Part shown: in pieces, positions 46,763 to 58,357 of the stretch
How positions within the stretch are numbered: the stretch's first letter is position 1
Layout of the letters: each line of letters begins with the position of its first letter
Assembly (NCBI GenBank): GCA_001179505.1
Contig: CDMY01000512.1
Coordinates: 1-61,322, forward strand
DNA: 61,322 nt
Origin: Vitrella brassicaformis CCMP3155
Lineage: Eukaryota > Protista > Chromerida
Direction: 5' to 3'
Translations under genes and position numbers: made by a program
Notes under the pieces: generated by a model
The model's input: only the letters and a program-made list of their open reading frames with translations
The model's database searches: none
Told to the model about the DNA's origin: nothing

Positions 46763-47846
46763 ATGACGAAATCGCTTCGTCAAACCAAGAGGGTGCTCCC
46801 CAAGAACAGACATCAAGCGTTCTTCATGAACGTCGTCACATCAAGGAGGACTTGCCCGCTATCCGATGTCCCGGTGCGAGGACCGATCTGCGGACGAGAG
46901 CAACGGCCGCCACAACAAAGCGAGGGCGGTGATGCTGGCTCCACAACGGCAACTACCGTCGCCTTTGTACGGCGAGGTCTTCGCCGACCTGGCCACCTTT
47001 GGCGACTCGGTGGCTGTGCTGACCCGCCCTGAAGACGGCCTCGACGAGGGGACCATCGAGCGCCAGCTCCACCCCATGCAGCTGCCCGGCCACTGGAACT
47101 GCCCCTTCCAGCTGAGCAAGCTGTGCCGAAAAGCGGCAGGATGGTGGGCCAGGACCAGCGACGGGCGCCAGTACAAGGTGGATCCGCTGCCAAGCAGACT
47201 GAGGTCGCTCCCCGCCAACAAGCCCCCCTTCTGGACTCCCACCCGACTCGGCAGGGGCTTCTGGAGTGCCGGCATCCAGAGCCTGAGGGTGCCTGTCGAG
47301 GAGGACGACGTCATCATCGCCGCGGCCTCCGACGGTGTCTTCGACAACATCCTCATCGAGGCTGTCGTTGCGCGGGCGGACGAGATGTGGTGCATGACGG
47401 CGGCCAAGCTGGCCCGGGAGATTGGGGAGCTGGCCTACAACACCAGCGTCGACCGCACGGCCCCAACCCCCTTCGCCCGCGAGGCACGGATCCACATCCC
47501 CAACGACCCCGACTTCAAAGACGGCTTGGGCGGCAAAAAGGACGACATCACCGTCGTGGTGGGCGTTGTCCGCAGCCCCGGCCGGGAGACGGAGACGGTG
47601 TGCGATCCGTATGGGGAGGCCGCCGAGGACGCCGAGCGGGAGGAGGACCTCTCGCCTCCCTCGCGGACGGCATGTGGTGTGACGGCGGGCAAGCTGGCCA
47701 GGGGGGTTGATGAGCTGGCATACAAGACCAGCCTCGACTGCACCGCCGCAACCCCCTTCGCCCAGGAGGCAGCCATCCACATCCCCGACGACCCCGACTT
47801 TTTCGATGGCATTACCGTCGTGGTGGCTAAGGTGGGCCCGGGCTAG
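46763..47846 (+). pseudogene. PTC7-type PP2C phosphatase, intronless, frameshifted and apparently N-truncated, with a C-terminal internal duplication
   Basis: GSTTA (46937-46951) is in one frame. FGDS, NCPFQL, AASDGVFDN, TPFA and GGKKDDITVV are in the +1 frame. No DGVGGW metal-binding motif was seen upstream. Confidence 0.7.
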
Positions 47847-48109
47847 AGTGGGACCACGGGGAGAGGGAGGCGGGGCGACGGAAAGTGCCATGCTCCTGAT
47901 AGCAAGTGTCTCTGGTATTAGGTCATCGTCCATCGATCGGTGCCTGCACTTTATATTGAGGAAGACACGGGCGACATTTTCTATTGAGGGCGAGCCCGCG
48001 TCGCCCACCAACACACGAAACAAGAGGCGGCGGGCAAGCGATGGTAGGCTGGTGCCACATGTGACGTTGTGGCTGCTCGAACCCCAGCCGGCGGGAGGCT
48101 TCCTTGTGC

Positions 48110-48146
48110 CGTCAGGGCGGATCACAACCGCCACCGAGTCGCCAAA
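48110..48146 (-). repeat. Inverted fragment homologous to the PP2C FGDS segment at 46998-47032
   Basis: TTTGGCGACTCGGTGGC (17 nt) and CCGCCCTGA are identical with the same 9-nt spacing. The peptides are FGDSVAVVIRPDG and FGDSVAVLTRPEDG. Confidence 0.8.
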
Positions 48147-49834
48147 CACTGTCCGAGTGGCGGCATCGGTTTTCGTTGATTGCACAGGAACTCTGCACAA
48201 CACCACAGCAGCAGCATTCAACGATGGAACCAACGCGACGATGGCACTCCACAACATCACAGTCGGGCTGCAGAACGCGACTTCCATCATACAAGGCGTC
48301 GTTTGGGACATCCAGAATTATACATCGTGGCTGCTGGCGACTTGACCACACCCACGATGCCACACACGAATGACGGGCCGAAGGTAGCCGTGGCGCAGCG
48401 ATAGCAGAGGGGGAGAGGGGGGAGAGGGCTGCCTGCCTGTCTGTGTGTCTGTCAGTCAGTCTGTCAGGCGTGTGTACATGGGTGTGGGTGGCCTGGCGTA
48501 AGGCGTGGGGGAGTGGATTGACAGACTGCCTGCATGGGTGTGCGGGTGCGGGTCATTTGGCTGCATGGGGAGGGTTGTCAGCGATAGAGAAGCATCATCG
48601 CTGCCTGCATTTCATATCGGTTGGCTGGTTTTGCTCAAGAGTGATGTCTCGTTGCCTTTGACGGACCAGCTACATAGCTGAGTGCGGTTCACGCGTTCAT
48701 CCGTGCGTTACTTGATTGCTGCTTTGGCGTCTACCTTTGACTTGACCCCCTCCTTGGCCAGCAGCAGACAGACAGACAGACAGAGACAGGGAGACACGAA
48801 ATGTGTCTGTGCTGTGTCACATAGATTTAATGACAGCGAGCGACGAAAGGGCGAACAAGCTCATTGAGTGAGGCCCCATATTGATCGCATGCTCACTCAA
48901 GGAGGAGGACGTTGAGATGCCTGTGGTGTCCCTCTTCAGCCATGTACAGTACAATGCATTGAGTTCTGCTGCCTCGTTGCCTGGGTCTTATGGCCGGGTG
49001 GTCAAATGGGGGGCCTATCCCAGCAGACGACAGACAGCCTCTGCTAATCTCTCTCTCTCTCACGCATGGTGTCAGCGCTATGTGTGTATGTGTGTGTGTG
49101 TGGATGTGTGTGTGGAGGTGGACAGAAAGGAATGCTACAAAGACTGACTGCACTACAGATGTGCCAGTGTTTGTGTGTGAGCGCTTTGTTTATGTGTGTG
49201 TCAAAGCCTTGCCTTAGCCCTGCGTCCACGAGGTGTGTGCGTTGCTCGATCACTTCAATGCTCTCACCCCAGTGTCTTCCCTGCCTCCCATTGTCATGCT
49301 GCAGCCTCACCGAGGTGAGATGAATGACATGCACCACAGATCCGCGCACAGGCACGTCACCTTCGCCCACACGCGTGTGGAAGAATGGAAAAGTTGAAAG
49401 AAAAGGAAAAGGGTGAGCGACCCCCCAACGCAACCCAGACAATCCGCGACCGACAAAGACACACACATGTGACAAAAAGACAACCACATTCCAAGCACAC
49501 AACGACCCATAGCATCCACCAACACACAGGGGATGGATGGACGGATGAACCTAAAAGATGGACGGATGAACCTTTTTGGTTCTTCTTCCGTCCGTTGCAT
49601 GAGTGCACCAGCGCAGCCATCCAAGCCCCTTCCTCATTGAATTGGCGAGTGCCTCGGTGGAGACCACACGCCGCACACACGTGGCACATACCCTCACACA
49701 CGACACAACACACATCCGCTGCACTCTCTCGGCGGCCATGTGTCCCATCCGCACAGCGGATGGCTCGCTCCCACGCCGATACGACTACAGGCACTTCACT
49801 CAACACAAACTGACAATAAAAATGACTGACGTGC

Positions 49835-50213
49835 AAGTAAATACGCCTCGCTATGGTGATCGGCATGCGATCGTGATGGAGGCCACCGGATGAAGTAGCG
49901 GCATACACACACAAACACACACACACACACACACAGACGCACGCACGCACACAAAGAAGCAAAGCAAAGTAAGGTAAACCGATCTCAAAACTAGATGTTC
50001 AACAAGCCGATTACCGTCTCAGTAACGCCACAAACACAAACTACCGACCGACAGCCATCCATGTGTGCTCATGTAAGTAAACGAGTCTCACTGTGATGAT
50101 CGGCATGCAAGTGTGAGGAAGGCAGACGGACAAAGTGCCGGCATACACACACACACACACACACACACAGAAGCAAAGCAAAAGCCCAGCCACACAGAAA
50201 ACCGATCTCAAAA
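49835..50213 (+). repeat. Degenerate tandem duplication, unit about 140-155 bp, period about 240 bp
   Basis: Both units read AAGTAAA...TGATCGGCATGC...CGGCATACACAC(AC)n...AGAAGCAAAGCAAA...AAACCGATCTCAAAA. Confidence 0.8.
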
Positions 50214-50308
50214 AATATCGATACAGATGCTGATAATGGCGATCCAGATACCTTGGCAGCTCTTTTCGTCCGCATCTGCAAAACATGGAAGCCCGCATCC
50301 ATCCTCTG

Positions 50309-50749
50309 TCACCAATGCCACCTAAGCAGTGTTCTTCCCTGAGGCTCGTCTGGCGGGAATGTGATGGCCTTCTCGGCGATGACCAGCTCCAAGTGGCCCT
50401 CGACCTTGAAGTCCTCCAGAAACGGATGCAGCGTCACTGTCTCAATGGCAGTCGCATTCTCATTCATGAACACCACCATGGCCGGCTTGTCCGAAGACAG
50501 AGAGGCGCTTCCCTCGTGGTTGGCATGGAAGAAGTCCTTGTCGTCTGGGATGGACCAGGTCGCCTCCGTGTTGTCGGAGAAGGTGGCCTTGACGTCTCCG
50601 AGAGCATGGATGATGATGAGAGGACCTGGATTAATGGCAGACCGAGGGCGCGTGTCATCTTGGGTGCGTCTGAGGATGGTAGACGGGGCCGCTGCGGCGG
50701 AGGCAAGGGCGACAATGAGGAAGGTCGAGCAAAGGGATAGGGAAGCCAT
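50309..50749 (-). CDS. Intronless secreted orphan protein, 146 aa
   Basis: MASLSLCSTFLIVALASAAAA signal peptide followed by a complex, beta-strand-like sequence. No family recognised. Confidence 0.6.
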   Translation of the reverse strand: MASLSLCSTFLIVALASAAAAPSTILRRTQDDTRPRSAINPGPLIIIHALGDVKATFSDNTEATWSIPDDKDFFHANHEGSASLSSDKPAMVVFMNENATAIETVTLHPFLEDFKVEGHLELVIAEKAITFPPDEPQGRTLLRWHW

Positions 50750-50906
50750 CGGGATTGACAGAAGGGACGGACAGGGTCAGGTGGGGATGTCCGTTAGCGC
50801 GGATGCATGGGCGCCGCCGTTGCGGAATGCCTGGTGGCGCGCAACGCCCGGGAAGCTCGCACAGGAGGCAAGAGGGTCAGCTGTGTCTGTGTGAGGCAAG
50901 AGAGTC

Positions 50907-51050
50907 AGGAGATCCGCCTGAATGAGTGAGTCGACACGCAGCACAGATAGATCAAGTGAGCGAACTTTATCCGTCGACTCAATGTGCAGATCTGGCCACA
51001 CCTTGATGCTCCGGCAGGCGGCCATGACGAGGACAGCGAGATGCAGCAGC
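50907..51050 (-). repeat. Dispersed repeat, copy 2 (inverted relative to 38146-38293)
   Basis: See copy 1. On the minus strand it reads LLHLAVLVMAACRSIK|intron|ADLL. Confidence 0.92.
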
Positions 51051-51118
51051 CCCGAGGACCAGGCGCTGCCGTTTACACGGCTTAGCTTGCTTTGATTCAG
51101 CGCTGCGCCCTCGCGAAG

Positions 51119-51839
51119 ATGGAGGGCATGTCGGCTGCCGACGCTTCTGTGTGCATCGTCAAGCCCGAGAAGGACTACCGCGACTATCGGTATGTGAAGC
51201 TCGACAACGGGCTGATGGGCGTGCTGATCTCTGACGACAAATGCGACAAGGTGAGAGAAGAGGAGAGGAAATGAACAAAGGAAGGGAGATCCGACTCCCA
51301 CGTGTCAAACAGTGTGTTGGCTGACACTGTGAGATCTCTCGTTGGCGACAGAGAGGGAGATGGCATTATGGTGTCATGTGTCTGTCTGTGTCATTTGTGT
51401 GTGAGGCTGCGTGTGCCATGGACGTGCACGTGGGCAGTTGTCTAGACCCCAAGGAGCTGCCGGGACTCGCCCACTTCCTCGAGCATATGCTCTTCCTCGG
51501 TAAGTACGTCTGCCAAGTGTCTGTGTGGCAACACACACAGACACACACACACGTCTGTCTGTGTGCCTGTTGCTGACGCGCGTGCTGTGTGTGTGCATGC
51601 ACGTGTGTCAGGCACCCAGAAGTATCCCGATGAGACGGAGTACAGTCAGTATCTGCAGAAGCATGGCGGCGACAGCAACGCGTTCACCGCTGACGACGAC
51701 ACCTGCTACTACTACACCGTCGCTCCCGAGTCGTTCGAGGGCGCATTAGACCGCTTCGCGCAGTTCTTCCTTCCCCAGCAGCCGCTCTTTACAGAATCGG
51801 CCGCAGAGAGGGAACTGCACGCAGGTCGGTCCACACACA

Positions 51840-51873
<34 letters not shown>

Positions 51874-54800
51874 TGAGTATCAATGTGTGTGGGTGTGTAG
51901 TCGACTCGGAGCACAGCAAGAACCTGCAGGCACGCACACACCCCCGCGCCATCGTGCATCCGCCGCATGCAGCCATATTTGTGTGTTGGCTGTGCAGAGT
52001 GACATGTGGCGGTTCCACCAGCTGCTGCGCGACTCGTGCAACCCCGAGCACCCGCTCAACAGATTCGCCACAGGTGAAACGACACACGTGCGCACGTGTT
52101 GTTGTGTGGATGGATGGATGGATGGGTGCAGGCAATCTGAAGAGTCTGCGTGACGACCCTTTTACGCTCCACAAGATCGACCAGAAGGGCGTGCGGGAGG
52201 CGCTGCTCAAATTCCACGCCGAGCATTACTCCTCCCACAAGATGGCCATCGTCATGATCAACAAAATGCCGCTCGACGAACTGGAAAAGGTGCGCGTGTC
52301 ATCAGAATCCACACAGCCAAACTCATTGTCTGTGTGTGTGCAGTTGTTTCGCCACTACTTCTCCAGTGTCGAGAGCAAAGCGATGAGCCAGCAGCAGCAG
52401 CAGCAAGATGCCACACAGACACACGTGCTGCCCTTCCGGCGCGAAGACCTGGGTGGGCATATGGACACCCACACACACACAAGAACACCCACTGACTGAC
52501 TCAGCCGTCTCTCTGCCCTGTGGGTACCCTACACAGGCCGTTTAGTCTATGTGCTGCCCGTGCGCACCACGCAGCAGATCGACTTCGAGTGGTTCCTCAA
52601 AGAGCAGGTCAAGTCGGTCACACACACATATATCACTCCCACGCCGCAAGGCAGCCGATCGAATTAAGCATGTGTGTGTGCGGTGCAGACGCCTCTGTAC
52701 CTGTCCAAGCCGGCGGGTTACTGCTCCCACGTGTTGGGCCACGAGGGCAAGGGCTCCCTGCTGTCCCGGCTGAAGGCGGAGGGGCTCGCCACAGAACTGG
52801 TGGCAGGTGAGTGCGGTGTGCGTGGCTGGCAAGACAGAAGACCGAGACAGAGATGGATGGACTCATGTGTGTGTTGTGTGTGTGTAGGCAGCAGCTTTGA
52901 GGCGGCGGGGGTGTATGGGTTCAGTGTGCAGGTCACACTCACCCCCAAAGGGAGCGAGGAGCAGGGACTCATCAGGTCGGTCGGTCTGTCCGTCTGTCTG
53001 TCCGTCACGCACACACACAAAGGTGTTAGTTATGTGAATGTCTTTGTCTGTCTGTCTGTCTGTATGTGTGTGACACACACAGGGTGGGTCAGCTTCTCTT
53101 CGCCTTCATCCGGTGAGTGGGTGGGTGAGTGCATTCCCCGCCACCTCACCCACACCCACACCACACCGACCCACTCGATGAGTGCGTCCGTCCAATCATG
53201 TGTGTCGTCAGGATGATGGCGTCGAGTGACGACGCTGCCCACGCGACAGTGTTCGACGACCTCATGCGCATGAGCGACATCTCCTTCAGATTCAGAAGCA
53301 CTCCTGACCCGGGCAGCCAGGTGGTGAACATTGCCAGTGCGCTGCACCGATACCCGCCAAAAGAGTGAGGACTCATCCGCAGCACAGAGACACTTGTGTG
53401 CGGCACATGGAATGCAATTGCTGCATGCAGCGTCATGTCGGGCCAGTCGCTCTTCTACAAGTTCGAGCCGGCCCTCATCCGCGAGGTGCTGTCGCACTTC
53501 ACGTGTGAAAACCTGCGGTGCGTCGTGGTTGACAGCTCAGGTGAAAGCATATGTTTGTTGGGTGCAGACACACGCACATCCGTAGAAAGCCATGTGTGTG
53601 TGTGTGTGTGTGTGTGTGTAGGCCGTTACAACGACATGTGTGTGAGCGAGGCGCCGTGGTATGGCACCAAGCACTGCAGCCAACAGATCCCACAAAGATG
53701 GAGAGATGCATGGTGACCATCCCCCGCCCTCCCTCCCTCCCAGCCACCCACCCACACACCTGCCTGTATGTCTGGTTGCTCCCATACGCAACACAACACA
53801 GGGGCTCGCCAGGTTCAGTTGATCTCTCAGCTCCCACTGCCATGCACCTGCCCAAGAGCAACCCCTTCCTCCCTCAAGACCTCGCCCTCAGACCATTCAA
53901 TGGGGTGAACGAACGCTGGCACAGGCAGACAGACAGACACCCACACACTCTCACAGACCTACGTGTCTTTATTGTCTTCCTCTCCACGTCCACAGGACAC
54001 GACAGCGGCCCGCTGGCCTGAGAGGGTCCCATGCCCCGGCTACGACAAGAGATGCCACATGTATTGCATTGCACCGCACCCCACACCCACAGCACCCACA
54101 CACATGGCTGACTGTACATTGTCAACATGTGTGTGTCTGTCGTGTGCTGACAGCTACCACAAGCAGGACACGACCTTCGCTCTGCCCAAGGCGGTGGCGT
54201 ACATCACGATGCACTCGGGGTATGTGTCGTCGTCGCTCGAGGGCCGCATGACCTCCCTACTGTGGACCGAGGCTGTCTATGAGGCTCTCAACGAGGTGGG
54301 TGCCCTGCGTATGTGTGTGTGTGTGTTGGGATCCCAACACACACACATGAGGGTCGTGTGGTGTGTGTGTGTCTTGGCTATGCAGTACGCTTATGAGGCA
54401 TCAATGGCCGGGCTGAACTATTCCCTGAAGCAGAATGGCACAGGTGAGTCAGGTGCACACACACTCCCACAGCCACAGCCACACACTCACACACAGGGGT
54501 AGATTGGGCCCTCTCTGCGTGTGTGTGCGCGCGTGTGTTTGTGTGTGTGTGTGTAGGCGTCCAGCTGGACATCGGTGGGTTCAACGACAAGCTGCCCGTG
54601 CTGCTCAAGGCCATCAGCGAGAAGATGACAGCAGGTCGGTGTGTGCCTTGTGTGCCTTGTGTGCTGTGTGTCCTCGCGACCTGCAGCTGCGCCTGGATGC
54701 ATCTGCAGGCGACTTCAAGGGCGACATTCTGAAGCTAGTCGCCAACATCACTCACAGGCAGCTCAGGAACGCCGCTTACAAACGGCAGCCGTACCTGCAG

Positions 54801-56705
54801 TGCATGAACCGCCTCTCCGTTGCGGTCACCACCCCCGCACACAGCGAAATCGAACAGGTCTTCTCACTCCAGACAAGACTGACACACCCATGCAGTTGGT
54901 TAAGTGTCTGTCTGTCTGCCTGCAATCATCCGTCCAGTTCACGGCGATGCAGTCCCTGCTGGAGGGCATGAGCCTCACGGCTGACGATGACGACATGGAC
55001 ACACCGCAGCAGCAGGTCCGTCCATCCACACAAACACCACCTACACAGGCCTTGGAACTTCCGTGTGTGTGTGCGTGTGCAGCACTGTGGTCTGAGCAAC
55101 GACGCTGCTGGCACCAGCAGCAATGGCGTGGCAGCAGCGGACAAGGCAGACAACAATAAGGCCGAGACCGAGGCGGCTGCCCTGCAGCGGATTAAAGGCA
55201 CTCTCGACGGGATACACAACGACATTCTCAATGGTGGGTGCACTGCAGCCGACATACACACGCAGCACATCCACCCCCCACCACACACACACACCCCTCT
55301 GCTATTGTGTTGGTTGGTGGCCAGGCTGTTTTGTGGAGGCGTTGGTGATCGGCAACATCACCGCAGATGAGGCGGGAGAGCTCATCAGCACCTTTCTGAA
55401 GGTCCGTGGCGTGGAGTGACATACACACACAGCTCTGTCCACACATCATCGACCCGCCCGCACTCATACGCTGCCCATGTGTATTGTGTCTTCAGGAGTT
55501 GTCGGTCGAGCCCTCCGCCCCGCCCACTCCGGTGCTGCGGAAGGCCCTCAAGCTGCAGCCCGACATACGACAGATGTATCGGTGCAACGGCGCCAACCCT
55601 GACGACCCCAACTCGGCCATCTGCGTGGCCATACAGGTCAGGTGGGCACCCACCCCATCTGTATGTGTGTGTGTGTGTGTGTGTGCATGGCTTGGCTTGG
55701 CTTGGCTTGGCTTGACCGTGGTGGGGTCATTCAGGTTGGTGAGCTGTCTGTGCGGACGTCGGCCCTCACTGACGTGTTGGCCAACTGGATCGGCCAGACC
55801 TTCTACGACGACCTCCGAACCAAACAGCAGCTCGGGTGGGTACCCACCTACCACTGACAGGACAGAGAGAGAGTGAGACCAGATGAGATGAGATGTGGTG
55901 TGTGTCGTTCGTTCGTTGTAAATCAATCAGGTACATCGTGGCTTCGTACGCCCGCATCGCTGCGCGCTCGCTGTCGCTGGCCTTCCTGGTGCAGTCCACC
56001 TACTCGCCCGATGAACTGCTCGCAAGGATTGAGGTCTGCTACTTTCCGTCCAATGGATGACAGACACATGAGGGGTGCGAGGGTGCGTGTGTCTGTCTGT
56101 GTGGTTCCTGTGTCTGTGTGTGTGTGCAGCTGTTTCTGAAGTGGCTGGTGGAAACGGCGGTCGAAGGCGAGCTGACTGAGGAGACTTACGCGTGAGTGAA
56201 CGACCCCCACAGAACAGACACACACACGCACTGGACGAGTGTGTGTGTGTGTGCGTGGCTGGCCAGGCTGCATCAGCAGGCGGTGGTCACGGTCAAGTCG
56301 CAGAAGCCCAAACGCATCAACGAGGAGGCGCAGAGGTGCGCGTGTGTGTCTTGCCTGCCTACACCCGTGTGAGTGCACTGACTGCAGACAGACATGTGTG
56401 TGGTGTGGTGTGCAGGTATTTGGCTGAGCTCACTATCCGCCGCTTTGAGTTCGACCATCTGGACAAGGAAATCGATATCATCAAGTGCGTCCGCACCGCG
56501 CACAAGCCAACACCTGTGGCCGCACATTGAAATGCTTCGCTGTGTGTTTGCTGCATGGGCTGTCAGGTCGACATCTCTCTCGGAGTTCCGTGAGTTTGTC
56601 CGCGAGGTCTTTACCTCATGTCCGCGGCTGGCCGTCCTCATCGACAGCCGGCAGCCACACAAACACATTGACGACACACAAACCAAGGACACACACGTGA
56701 GCAGG

Positions 56706-56737
<32 letters not shown>

Positions 56738-56875
56738 TGTTGGTGTCTTTGTTTGTGTCTGGCTGTCGTGCAGGACGTCATGGGCAAGTACGCGTCATTC
56801 GGTGACCTGACGGCGTTGCGGAGGGACCCGAGTGCGGCCTTCTACGAGACGCCGGCTGATATCGATGGCTGGTGA
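51119..56875 (+). CDS. M16A metallopeptidase (insulinase / insulin-degrading enzyme family), many introns
   Basis: [42 protein letters not shown] (HxxEH intact), [38 protein letters not shown] and [15 protein letters not shown]. Confidence 0.95.
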
Positions 56876-57211
56876 TAAGTGACTACGTGGAGGGAGTGGC
56901 GGGATGGGGGGCATGTGTCTGTCGTGTGCAGCTAGAACCATTCATCACACCCACGAAAGAGGCGCGCGTGTGCAGTGCGGTTGACGTGACATGAATGACC
57001 CTGTGCCTACCGACTGACTGACAGACAGACGCCCAGACGCTGCTGGTGGGTACGATGTACCCTTTGCAGTGTGTGTGTGTGTGTAAGTATGGCACGTGCA
57101 TGCGTTGGGTGCAATCATTCACGCGGTTTCATGGCCCACATATCTGCCCACGATCTGCCATCATCCTGGCTGCCTGGCCGCGATCGGCAATTTACGAACC
57201 TTTCTTTCATC

Positions 57212-58357
57212 ATGTTTTTTGGCGCTGCCGACAACGATGAGGGCGGCGCAGCGACCGTCGGCGGCTACGAGGAGCGACCTGCCGCCGAGGCCTTCTCGCC
57301 CTCTCCCGGCGGCGGTGGATATCACGAGAATCGCACCTCCGGAGCGTCGCCCTCCAGTGGCGGCGGTTCTGGCGACTCGTACAAGCGTCGTCTGTTCCGC
57401 AGTGACGGCGGTTTGATGCCCGTGACGATCCGGATGGTCCACGAGGCCGAGAAGGAGGGCAACAAGGTGCTCATCAACGAGAAGGAGATCTCGCAGGTCA
57501 AGATAGTGGGCATCGTCCGGGAGCTGACTGAGAACAAGCTGACGACCACATGGAAGGTGGCCGACTACACGGGGGGGATGGAGTGCCGCTTCTACTTCCC
57601 CAGCAGCGAGGCCAAGCCGCAGTACATCCGGGACCGCATCGCAGCGACGGACCAGCACACCATGGTCAAGGTGTACGGGGCGGTCAAGTTCGACAACAAG
57701 CAGAACAAGCGCTACCTCAGCGTGCTGCAGATCAAGCCCGTCGACATACACGAGGAGATGTACCACCTAGTGCAGGCGAGTAGCCACACCACACCACACC
57801 ACACCACAACACACCACACCACACACAATTAGCTGGATGGATGGTTTGCTGCTGGCCATCAGGTAGCCCACACCCATCTGACGTTGACGGGCACCAAGCT
57901 GGAGCAGTCGGCGGACCACCCCATGTCGCCCGCACCAGCACAGATCAAGCGGGAGGGCGGCGGCACGGCTGGTGGCACCTTCGCCCGCACCAGCGGCGCC
58001 AGCGGGGGAGGGGGAGGGCTGCCGCTGCATCGCGTGCCTGAGAACATCACCGAGCGTGTGCAGAGGGCGGTGGGTGCGGTGGTGGTCATGGCTGACAAGG
58101 GTAGCGGGGTCAAGAAGGACTTCGTCGTGCAGAGGCTGGCGCAGGAGGGGTTCGGCGGTGAGCGGACTCGAAACGGGGTCTGGTGTGCACCCTCGGGCAT
58201 TGGATGTGTGTGTGTGAGTGTGTGTGAGAGTGTGTGTGTGTGTGTATGTGCAGCTCAGGAGGTGTTGGCGGCCATTTCGACACTGTTTGACGAGGGCGAG
58301 GTGTTCGAGACCATCGATGACGAGCACATCCAGGCCTCGTTTCAGCCCGTCAACTAA
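57212..58357 (+). CDS. RPA2: Replication protein A 32-kDa subunit (OB fold plus C-terminal winged helix), 3 exons
   Basis: Gly/Ser-rich N-terminus, LMPVTIRM, VKIVGIVR, VADYTG, VKVYG, YHLVQ|VAHTHL and the C-terminal LFDEGEVFETIDDEH. Introns are at 57776-57862 (GC-AG) and 58158-58253. Confidence 0.92.

Noticed and set aside
48350-49800. Short ORFs in the long intergenic stretch
   Set aside because: They are dominated by simple repeats with Cys/Val/His-biased translations and no consistent exon chain.
53366-53370. In-frame TGA codons at several ORF ends in insulinase and dynein (possible selenocysteine or readthrough)
   Set aside because: Each coincides with a GTGAG splice donor and is removed by splicing.
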